From assembly GCA_000175855.1 (NCBI GenBank), contig ACYB01000024.1, positions 1 through 28,497 of the forward strand: a DNA stretch of 28,497 nt. The letters run 5' to 3'. This document shows positions 22,030 through 28,497 of the stretch, one piece after another. The notes beneath the pieces are model-generated. The model had not been told where the DNA came from. It was given only the letters and a program-made list of their open reading frames with translations, and did no database searches. Within the stretch, counting starts at the first letter, position 1. Each line of letters starts with the position of its first letter. Made by a program: the position numbers and the translations under genes. Source of the stretch: Raphidiopsis brookii D9. Its GTDB lineage: Bacteria > Cyanobacteriota > Cyanobacteriia > Cyanobacteriales > Nostocaceae.

Positions 22030-22554
22030 TTACTTTTTTTGAAATAATTCTAAGGAGTTTAAAATTACGTCCAAGAAGTCTTTTAATTTCAGCAGGCTCA
22101 CTGTATGTCCAGATGGGGCCATATCCACTACTATACGATCTACGTTTTTCTCCGACAGCAGTCTTTGGATCTCTAGTAGTCCCATCAGTTCATTTAATCC
22201 GGGCCAGTCTAAATCCCAAACAGGGGCTAGATCCTCTCCATCCGCTAAACTTCCTCTTTCTACTAGAATTTCCAGGTACTGGCTATATTTGGCTTTGAAT
22301 TCTAACAGAAGATTTTGAGCATCTAGGGCCTGAATGCTCAAATTCGGTAAATCTACTGCTGATTCAGGTTCATTGGTCACTTTTGTCAGCAGTACATCCC
22401 CTAGGGAATGGGCTGGGTCTGTTGATAATAGAAGAATTTTCTCTTCTGGAAATTTCCTCGCCCAATAACGCGCTAAGCAGCAAGATAGGGTGGTTTTACC
22501 TACCCCTCCTTTACCGCTCAACATGACTAAATTTAATTTATCGTACTGGTACAT
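22030..22554 (-). CDS. ArsA/Get3-like ATPase, N-terminal portion (upstream fragment of frameshifted gene)
   Basis: NLVMLSGKGGVGKTTLSCCLARYWA, LLLSTDPAHSLGD, RIVVDMAPSGHTVSLLKL, then premature TAA right after an A7 run (LELFQKK*). ORF extends to 22665; MYQYDKLN at 22554 is the plausible start. Confidence 0.88.
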   Translation of the reverse strand: MYQYDKLNLVMLSGKGGVGKTTLSCCLARYWARKFPEEKILLLSTDPAHSLGDVLLTKVTNEPESAVDLPNLSIQALDAQNLLLEFKAKYSQYLEILVERGSLADGEDLAPVWDLDWPGLNELMGLLEIQRLLSEKNVDRIVVDMAPSGHTVSLLKLKDFLDVILNSLELFQKK

Positions 22555-22589
22555 TTGGTTTAAAAAAAATAGGGTTAGAAACTGGAATA

Positions 22590-23276
22590 TTAATGCTCGA
22601 TAAAATGATACGGGGGTAGGCAATCTCCCCAAACTAAATCCCATCTGGGACAGGACTGCTGCCAATTTAAGAATTTTTCCTCTAGGTGAATTTTTTCGTT
22701 TATGTTAATCAGAACATATATTTTTATTCCTTCTTTCTGTTCCTGAATCACTGCTGGTAGGTTATATTCTTTGGTAATTAAATCAATTAGGTTCTGTTTT
22801 TCTATGTTTTGAGTATTGACAAAGTTTTTTTGATTCTCATACTCTTGCTTTTTGGCTAAAAAGTAGTTTCTCCCCCCTTTCTGGCTGAGTACTGGTTCTA
22901 CAAATGTGTGCGGAATTAGTTTTAAGGTTAGTTCGGTTTTGTCTCTGATTTTGTCTAGCTGGGATTTATATTCTTTTTCTTGCCATGCTAGATGCTTGAG
23001 TAGATTATCTAAAGAGTCAAAACATGTACCAAATCTTAAAGGCAAAATTGTTACCTGCCTAAACATTTCACAAATCACTCTGTCGTGACATACAGCCATC
23101 TGAACGATCTTCTCATCATCACTCTCCCAGAAAGCTGGGGATATTCCAGGTTCCACAAGAGCTGAAACTTGATTAGCTGTTACTAAGGTTACTGGACCTC
23201 TCACACCCTGTGGTAAAACCAGGGGTGAAGGGGGCGTTTCTAAAAAGGCATAAGTGTATAAGTCTGTTAATTCCAT
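22590..23276 (-). CDS. gvpW: GvpL/GvpF-family gas vesicle protein (distal copy, GvpW-like)
   Basis: DLYTYAFLETPP...VTLVTANQVSALVEP...CHDRVICEMFRQVTILPLRFGTCF resembles the GvpF/L domain. Distal position in the cluster matches gvpW; the symbol is inferred from position and family. Confidence 0.82.
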   Translation of the reverse strand: MELTDLYTYAFLETPPSPLVLPQGVRGPVTLVTANQVSALVEPGISPAFWESDDEKIVQMAVCHDRVICEMFRQVTILPLRFGTCFDSLDNLLKHLAWQEKEYKSQLDKIRDKTELTLKLIPHTFVEPVLSQKGGRNYFLAKKQEYENQKNFVNTQNIEKQNLIDLITKEYNLPAVIQEQKEGIKIYVLININEKIHLEEKFLNWQQSCPRWDLVWGDCLPPYHFIEH

Positions 23277-23392
23277 ATTTTTATCTACACAGGATTTTCC
23301 ATTGCTCCCAGATCTCTAACTCAGCTATAACTAAAGTATAAACTTAATCTTAATCAAAAGTGGAAACAAGTCCTTTGATAGTGGTTTGATAG

Positions 23393-23420
23393 TTTACAAT
23401 GACAAGAAGTTAGTTATAAT
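23393..23420 (+). promoter_or_regulatory. candidate sigma70-type promoter upstream of inverted gvpV
   Basis: TTTACA (23393-23398), 16-nt spacer, TATAAT (23415-23420), about 25 bp before the ORF start at 23445. Confidence 0.45.
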
Positions 23421-23444
23421 AGGTAGATACTTCTAGATAGTTTT

Positions 23445-23759
23445 ATGAAAAGCATTCCCAACGCTGCCATGTCTAGGGCCAAAATCAGCACCATGCCCAG
23501 AACTAAAACTGATGCTTCTAGCCAATTAGATCTTTATAAAATGGTGACAGAAAGACAACGTATCCAAAGAGAATTACTCAGTCTTAAAGAACGAACCACT
23601 GTCCTTCAAAAGCGATTGGATCTTCTTAATAGCCAAATAGAATCAACAGAGCAGAGCATTTATGTGTCCCGTCAACCACGATTGAGTTCTCGCATACTAG
23701 CTAAACTAAACACCCACAACGATATTCCTAGTTACAGCACTTTTGAAATTGAATATTAG
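23445..23759 (+). CDS. gvpV: gas vesicle protein GvpV-like small coiled-coil protein
   Basis: QLDLYKMVTERQRIQRELLSLKERTTVLQKRLDLLNSQIESTEQ pattern plus location between gvpG and the second gvpF/L gene. Opposite strand to the rest of the cluster. Confidence 0.7.
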   Translation: MKSIPNAAMSRAKISTMPRTKTDASSQLDLYKMVTERQRIQRELLSLKERTTVLQKRLDLLNSQIESTEQSIYVSRQPRLSSRILAKLNTHNDIPSYSTFEIEY

Positions 23760-23862
23760 TTATTAGCTCCATAGCTAGATTGGGAAGAAGGACTGCACTG
23801 GGTTAATCGTTACACAACCCGCCATGGCGGGTTATGTACAAACCGCTTGGGTTTCATTGTGG

Positions 23863-24141
23863 TTAATGTGATAAGACTGGGGTTTTATCCTCTTCCTCTT
23901 CTAAACTGGCCCTTTCCTCTTCTAAGGCCTGGATTTGTAAAAGTATTTCTTCCTCTTGTTCCTCAAATTCTTCCTCACCAATTTCCCCTAAATCAAATGA
24001 TAACTGCAAGTTTAATAATTTTTTGTGCAGGTTTTCTTGATCATCAAATTCAGTATTCGTGCGTTCTTGGATTTTTTCGGCAATCCATACTACCCCATTA
24101 ATCGGACCCATTACTGGTGATAGCAACAGTTTCATCAACAT
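23863..24141 (-). CDS. gvpG: gas vesicle protein GvpG
   Basis: LMKLLLSPVMGPINGVVWIAEKIQERTNTEFDDQENLHKKLLNLQLSFDLGEIGEEEFEEQEEEIL. ATG at 24141 is preceded by AGGAAG ribosome-binding site; the 59-aa extension to 24318 overlaps gvpF and is unlikely. Confidence 0.92.
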   Translation of the reverse strand: MLMKLLLSPVMGPINGVVWIAEKIQERTNTEFDDQENLHKKLLNLQLSFDLGEIGEEEFEEQEEEILLQIQALEEERASLEEEEDKTPVLSH

Positions 24142-24196
24142 AAGGCACTTCCTGGATAACAAAAATAAAATGGTTCTTCCCAACTCTTCCCACCGC

Positions 24197-24949
24197 TCAT
24201 GATGGCGACAATTGGGCAAACGTATAGGGAGCTGTAAAATTATTGTACCTGATACGCAGGCGATCGCCGAATTGTTTGTCAATAGACTCCACGCGATCGC
24301 TAAATGCGGATTCAGCATCCCAAGGAATTAAAAATGCCGCATTATAGATCATCTCCTCCATCATGGGTTCATTTTCGACTACATCTTTAGCAAATGGTTG
24401 CAGTTCTTCTCGAAAAACCTGAATTACTCCCTCTTTACGTTGCATCAAGTTACTTTCAATCAGTTGTCCAATTTGAATCACCTCGTCCATACTTAAATTC
24501 TTGCCTTCCATAGCATCCCGTTGCCGCTTTAAGTCAGGATTAGAATCCATCATCATTTGCAGTTCTGATTTGGTATCCCAAAGTATCTTCACACTGACTT
24601 CTCTTTGTCCTGCTAGTTTCTCAAACAACTGGTATAATTGACCTTCTGATGGATTAATTAATTGATTAGAAATTTCCTGCCAATCTTTCACAACCAGTCC
24701 AAAGCGCAAAGGTAAAAGAGTCCGACACCCCTCTTGCATAACCTGTTCTAAAACTCTCTCGTGAGCTAACAAATTACGTCGGGAAGCCAAATACTGCTTT
24801 TGGAGAGCATGAGAATATAAAAAAACAAACCCATTGACATCCTGAGTTTTAACGGGTTGCTTATCTAAACCCTCCAATGTCAAGTCCTGTGCTAATGGTT
24901 TTGGTAAAATACCATATAAGTAAAGTCCATTGCTACTCATAATAATCAC
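24197..24949 (-). CDS. gvpF: gas vesicle protein GvpF (GvpL/GvpF family)
   Basis: GLYLYGILPKPLAQDLTLEGLD...NGFVFLYSHALQKQYLASRRNLLAHERVLEQVMQEGCRTLLPLRFG. Confidence 0.92.
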   Translation of the reverse strand: MIIMSSNGLYLYGILPKPLAQDLTLEGLDKQPVKTQDVNGFVFLYSHALQKQYLASRRNLLAHERVLEQVMQEGCRTLLPLRFGLVVKDWQEISNQLINPSEGQLYQLFEKLAGQREVSVKILWDTKSELQMMMDSNPDLKRQRDAMEGKNLSMDEVIQIGQLIESNLMQRKEGVIQVFREELQPFAKDVVENEPMMEEMIYNAAFLIPWDAESAFSDRVESIDKQFGDRLRIRYNNFTAPYTFAQLSPS

Positions 24950-25045
24950 ACCTGGGAATCACAATTCAAAACACATTATAAATAACTAACGTATAAGCAT
25001 ATAACTAAGTAACAACAAGTGACCAATAATCCAAATTGGTTTTGC

Positions 25046-25540
25046 TTAAATTGGTTTTGAAGTTAGAACTAGCTGTAGTTTGGCATGAATTAAATCTAAA
25101 TTAGCTAGTCCCAAATCTACCTCCCCATCTACAACAACCCCTGTGTTAAGGAGACGATCCAACAGTTCCAGTACACTAGGTTGGGTTCCCTCCTCTCCGG
25201 GATAATAGGAACCCCTGTGCGGTAGGAGAGTGCCAAAATCGCCCAAATTCACATTCAATTCAGCTGGATCAACATCAAATACCTCACACAGATGGAGAAC
25301 CTGAGATTCTAGTTTTTGTAAGCTTTCTGCAGCTTGCTCCAACTGTAAGTCGCTCAGACAATTCTCCTCCATACGACGAATTACCTGAGCCTCCATTAGT
25401 TGGCGAACTAGTTCCAAAACCGTCAGTAGCAAAGGAGCTAAACCCGCTTCTTTCTTGGTACCAGAAGCGGGTGGTAAGAAGTCCTGGGACTGATCAAATG
25501 GAGTGATAGCCATTTCCATAGTTTCACCGACGAATGTCAC
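25046..25540 (-). CDS. gvpK: gas vesicle protein GvpK
   Basis: GLAPLLLTVLELVRQLMEAQVIRRMEENCLSDLQLEQAAESLQKLESQVLHLCEVF and PSVLELLDRLLNTGVVVDGEVDLGLANLDLIHAKLQLVL. Confidence 0.92.
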   Translation of the reverse strand: MTFVGETMEMAITPFDQSQDFLPPASGTKKEAGLAPLLLTVLELVRQLMEAQVIRRMEENCLSDLQLEQAAESLQKLESQVLHLCEVFDVDPAELNVNLGDFGTLLPHRGSYYPGEEGTQPSVLELLDRLLNTGVVVDGEVDLGLANLDLIHAKLQLVLTSKPI

Positions 25541-25572
25541 CTAAACACTTAATCAGAATGGTCACTAGACAA

Positions 25573-26193
25573 TTAACCAATCTCATCATCCAATTCTACA
25601 ACAGCTTGAGTGTCTGGTTGAGTGGTTTCCGTCTCTTCTAAAACAACATCCTGTTGATTAAAATCCCCAATATAATCAGTATTTTCTTGGAGATTTCCCG
25701 GAATTCGCTCTGATACTATAGTATATTGCTCTAGTTCATCCTCGCCTACAGATATTGGCGTAATTTCCTCACTTAGTTCCTGAGTGTTATCATCACCATT
25801 CAAATTGTTCTCCACAGTTAATTCTGGCTTTTCAACAGAGGTTTTGGCTATATCAGAAGTTAGCAGGTTTATTTGTGACTCTAAATTAGCTAAACGCCCT
25901 CTGAGTTCCCTGTTTTCCTCAATTAAGCCCTGAGCCTTACTACTGAGGTAAGGATCACCCTCCCACCAATTAATACCCATCTCCTTGGCTTTATCAACGG
26001 AAGCAATTAATAAGCGAATCCGAATGTGTAGAAGCTCAGTAGAGGCAATAGACACGGAAATATCGCCAGCAATAACAATACCCTTGTCTAAAACTCTTTC
26101 CAGAATGTCCGCTAGTGTCGAACCTTGGGTAGAGGTCTTAATAACTTGACCGGAGCTTACCTGGGAACGTGTTGGTAGTATTGGGGAATTCAC
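25573..26193 (-). CDS. gvpJ: gas vesicle protein GvpJ (GvpA/J/M domain plus long acidic tail)
   Basis: TLADILERVLDKGIVIAGDISVSIASTELLHIRIRLLIASVDKAKEMGINWW is the GvpA-fold core; followed by a coiled segment and an acidic tail. Confidence 0.9.
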   Translation of the reverse strand: MNSPILPTRSQVSSGQVIKTSTQGSTLADILERVLDKGIVIAGDISVSIASTELLHIRIRLLIASVDKAKEMGINWWEGDPYLSSKAQGLIEENRELRGRLANLESQINLLTSDIAKTSVEKPELTVENNLNGDDNTQELSEEITPISVGEDELEQYTIVSERIPGNLQENTDYIGDFNQQDVVLEETETTQPDTQAVVELDDEIG

Positions 26194-26206
26194 AAATGAT
26201 CAACTC

Positions 26207-27388
26207 TTAAATAGTGTAAATACGTTTGTTTTTACTCACCAAACCTTTTTGCTCTAAAGAACGTAGAGCATTGAGGGCGGTGTGATATTCCGAGTTTAGG
26301 AATTTTTTAATCCCATTCACGGACTCGCTTCTTTTTTGTAGCAGGTAGTTGTAAACTTCTTTTTCAAAAGGAACCACCTTAGCTGTAACTAATCCTTCAA
26401 TCTCCTCAATCGGTATGGCAGTATGATTATTTTCCTCTTCATTTATATGACCATTTACTTCTTTTTCTATGGGCAATTCTGGTTCATCTAAGTTTAGCAG
26501 ATCCATAAAAATATCTGTACATTCTGCAACAGGTAGGCTACTACGATTGAATAGAATATCCATAGCAATCTCACGGAAGGTGGGATCTTCTGGTGCGACC
26601 AAAATATCGTTGTCAGCACAAACCTTAGCAATCATCAGACCAGCACGCAATCCAGAGGTTTTCTCCGCGTGGGTAGCCAGTCGAAATGATCTGACTAAAT
26701 CCACAATGAAACCAGCAGATTCTTTATCTATATTTGTTTTTTGAGCCAATATTTCGGTTTGGGTTAGGTGCTCAGGTTCTGGCATGCTAATGGTTACCAG
26801 TCTATCCATCAGCGCATCCTGTGTGGAATGGACCCCACAATATTCTTCTGGATTAGAGGTGAAAATAACCCGGAACTGAGGGTTAACATGAAGGTACTCA
26901 GGTTGATTACTGCTGGGTGGCAAACTAAGAATTTTTTCTTCTAAGGCTGAAAGCAAAACGTTATTTACTTCTGGGCGGGAGCGATTGAATTCATCATATA
27001 CTAATGTGAATCCTTCGCGACAAGCCAGAGTTAGTCTAGAATCCATCCAGTTCTGCCTAAATTCGTCCTCAATTTTGACAACGCTATGGATATAGTTATC
27101 TAGGAGCTTCTTATGGGTATAACCGGATTCACTGCCAATCAAATCCGAACTTTTAAACTCATCATCCCCAAAGAGCAACATCACTGGTCTATCTAAACAA
27201 TGAGCTAAATGTAAGGCTAAAGTAGTTTTACCTGTACCAGCAGGACCACGCAGATGCACTGGGAAACCAGATCTCAAATAGAGCAAAGCCCGCAAGGCCA
27301 CCTTCTCAATAGCAGGTGTCATCACGAACTGACCTGGACGAACCCGAAGAATTGCTCTTTTCTGATTGTTAATGTTGCTGACAGCCAT
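26207..27388 (-). CDS. gvpN: gas vesicle protein GvpN (MoxR-like AAA+ ATPase)
   Basis: [47 protein letters not shown]...[27 protein letters not shown]. Confidence 0.95.
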   Translation of the reverse strand: MAVSNINNQKRAILRVRPGQFVMTPAIEKVALRALLYLRSGFPVHLRGPAGTGKTTLALHLAHCLDRPVMLLFGDDEFKSSDLIGSESGYTHKKLLDNYIHSVVKIEDEFRQNWMDSRLTLACREGFTLVYDEFNRSRPEVNNVLLSALEEKILSLPPSSNQPEYLHVNPQFRVIFTSNPEEYCGVHSTQDALMDRLVTISMPEPEHLTQTEILAQKTNIDKESAGFIVDLVRSFRLATHAEKTSGLRAGLMIAKVCADNDILVAPEDPTFREIAMDILFNRSSLPVAECTDIFMDLLNLDEPELPIEKEVNGHINEEENNHTAIPIEEIEGLVTAKVVPFEKEVYNYLLQKRSESVNGIKKFLNSEYHTALNALRSLEQKGLVSKNKRIYTI

Positions 27389-27589
27389 AAGGTTACAAAT
27401 TGTAAGGAAATGAGATTAGCTAAAAAAATATGCTAGGTTTGAGATTAAGGTGCGGGATCAAGGTTAGTTTGAATGATTTCCCCTGAGTCCCTGTTGCTGT
27501 CAGACCATACACAGCCCACAGTCCTTAGACTTAGGTACGAACAACTGCATCAACGCTGCACTTTAAAACTCATTGTTATATGTTTAGTG

Positions 27590-27629
27590 CCTCCTATCTT
27601 CAGTTCGAAAACTGTTGATTTAGGAGGCC
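27590..27629. promoter_or_regulatory. hairpin in gvpC-gvpN intergenic region
   Basis: GCCTCCTA (27590-27597) pairs perfectly with TAGGAGGC (27622-27629); inner stem CAGTT (27602-27606)/AACTG (27611-27615) closes a short CGAA loop. Confidence 0.6.
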
Positions 27630-27699
27630 TTCGTTTGGCTAGAATATTATGCGGATGAGTCAGAAGCAAAATCTTTAATTTGCCTGATAAATCAGCACC

Positions 27700-28362
27700 T
27701 TACACACCAATAACACTCAAAAATAGATCTTGGCGGAACTGACGCAATGCCTCTTTTTGGGCAGCTGCTTTGGCAGCGCGATCGCTAGTCGTAGCTGTCA
27801 AGAAAGCACTAGTTTTTGCTCTAGTTCTTTTATGGAAAGCACTTAGCTCTGCTGCTTGCTTTTGGGCTTCGTCAATACGAGCTTTCGCAGTATCTGCTAA
27901 GAAAGCACTAGTTTTTTGCTCTAGTTCTTTATGGAAAGCGCTTAGTTCTGCTGCCTGTTTTTGAGCTTGGGCAATGCGTGCCTTCGCAGTATCTGCTAGA
28001 AACACTTCTGTTTTTTGCTCTAATTGTTTATGGAAAGCGTTTAGTTCTGCTGCTTGTTCTTGGGCTTGAGCATAGCGAGCTTGAGTAGTCTTTGTCAAAA
28101 ACTTACTGGTTTCTTGCTCTAGCTGGGAGCGGAACTGATTTAATTCCTGAGCCTGAGCTTGAGCTTGAGCTTGACGAGCTTGAGCGGTTTTTGCCAAAAA
28201 CTGATCAATTTCTTGTTCTAGTTGTTGGCGAAATTGGCTTAAATCCTCTGCTTGCTTTTGAGCTTGGGCAAGTCTATTACTTTTCCTTGTGGAAAGAAAA
28301 TCGTTGACCTCTTGAAATATTGACTGATTTTCCAGTCGGATTTTTTGCAACAAAGCGACCAT
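27700..28362 (-). CDS. gvpC: gas vesicle protein GvpC (33-residue repeat protein)
   Basis: Five consecutive 33-aa repeats of type FLA-TA-AR-AQAQ-QA-EL--F-KQLEQKT-- and C-term RQFRQDLFLSVIGV. ATG at 28362 preceded by AAGGAGG ribosome-binding site. Confidence 0.96.
   Translation of the reverse strand: MVALLQKIRLENQSIFQEVNDFLSTRKSNRLAQAQKQAEDLSQFRQQLEQEIDQFLAKTAQARQAQAQAQAQELNQFRSQLEQETSKFLTKTTQARYAQAQEQAAELNAFHKQLEQKTEVFLADTAKARIAQAQKQAAELSAFHKELEQKTSAFLADTAKARIDEAQKQAAELSAFHKRTRAKTSAFLTATTSDRAAKAAAQKEALRQFRQDLFLSVIGV
27805..28299 (-). repeat. five tandem 99-bp (33-aa) gvpC repeats
   Basis: Repeat units begin at successive FL residues; five units x 33 aa, 99-bp spacing (e.g. homologous T-runs at 27813 and 27912). 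Confidence 0.93.
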
Positions 28363-28394
28363 GAAGTCCTCCTTAAATATAAACATCAATGGGA

Positions 28395-28431
28395 GAAGAT
28401 TCACCAGATCAAAACAAATCTAGTGAACTTC
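28395..28431. promoter_or_regulatory. hairpin in gvpA-gvpC intergenic region
   Basis: GAAG-a-TTCACCAGAT / caaaacaa / ATCTAGTGAA-CTTC: about 13 bp paired with one bulge and one mismatch, between the gvpA stop (28472) and gvpC start (28362). Confidence 0.6.
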
Positions 28432-28471
28432 TTACCACTTGGTTATTGTCTAGCCGTAGTCTTATAAAAAA

Positions 28472-28497
28472 TTAAGCAGGTACAGCTGCGGACTGGG
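28472..28497 (-). CDS. gvpA: 3' end of gvpA (major gas vesicle structural protein), truncated by window edge
   Basis: Reverse complement reads (..CC) CAG TCC GCA GCT GTA CCT GCT TAA = (T)QSAAVPA*, the characteristic cyanobacterial GvpA C-terminus, directly upstream of gvpC. Confidence 0.8.

Noticed and set aside
21667-22298. ORFs 21667..21876 (-) and 21951..22298 (+)
   Set aside because: Out-of-frame or antisense within the split arsA-like gene.
23847-24101. Plus-strand 84-aa ORF
   Set aside because: Antisense to gvpG, which has a clear family match and ribosome-binding site.
26469-27436. Plus-strand ORFs 26469..26744 and 27254..27436
   Set aside because: Antisense to gvpN or overlapping its start; no family signal.
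27473-27658. Plus-strand 61-aa ORF in the gvpC-gvpN spacer
   Set aside because: No recognisable domain and it overlaps a strong hairpin; considered as a possible IS remnant but no terminal inverted repeats or target duplications seen.
27770-28307. Tandem repeats and opposite-strand ORFs 27770..27964 and 28092..28307 (+)
   Set aside because: Not a CRISPR: the 99-bp units are coding repeats of gvpC, and the plus-strand ORFs are shadows of these repeats.
28431-28456. ACCACTTGGT palindrome near the gvpA 3' end
   Set aside because: Only 4-bp arms with a 2-nt centre; too short to be a meaningful hairpin.

Overview
The window is chromosomal DNA from a filamentous cyanobacterium. Support comes from many HIP1 octamers (GCGATCGC), ntcA, a BCD-family (PucC-like) transporter, an aspartokinase with a long duplicated ACT-type tail, and a cyanobacterial-type gas-vesicle cluster. 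The left and centre are mostly housekeeping genes: a VOC protein, a NarL-type response regulator, a Ctp protease, recJ, a Cas4/AddB-like Fe-S PD-(D/E)XK nuclease, an IMPase-family phosphatase, a BCD/PucC MFS protein, ntcA, fabI, hisB, an ABC ATPase, an SLBB/Wza-like exporter, gap, tal and lysC. From about 18.8 kb to the end, nearly everything is on the minus strand: the 3' tail of gvpA, gvpC, gvpN, gvpJ, gvpK, gvpF, gvpG, an inverted gvpV (plus strand), a second GvpF/L protein (gvpW-like), a tandem ArsA/Get3-like ATPase split by a frameshift, and a Cdc48-like double AAA ATPase. The best second-look items are: (i) the gas-vesicle / ArsA-Get3 / Cdc48-like arrangement; (ii) homopolymer-associated frameshifts in ntcA and arsA and a compensated pair inside gvpC repeat 5; (iii) strong hairpins between gvpA and gvpC and between gvpC and gvpN; (iv) the inverted gvpV with its own candidate promoter. 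I see no convincing novel defence system, CRISPR array, IS element, tRNA or rRNA.
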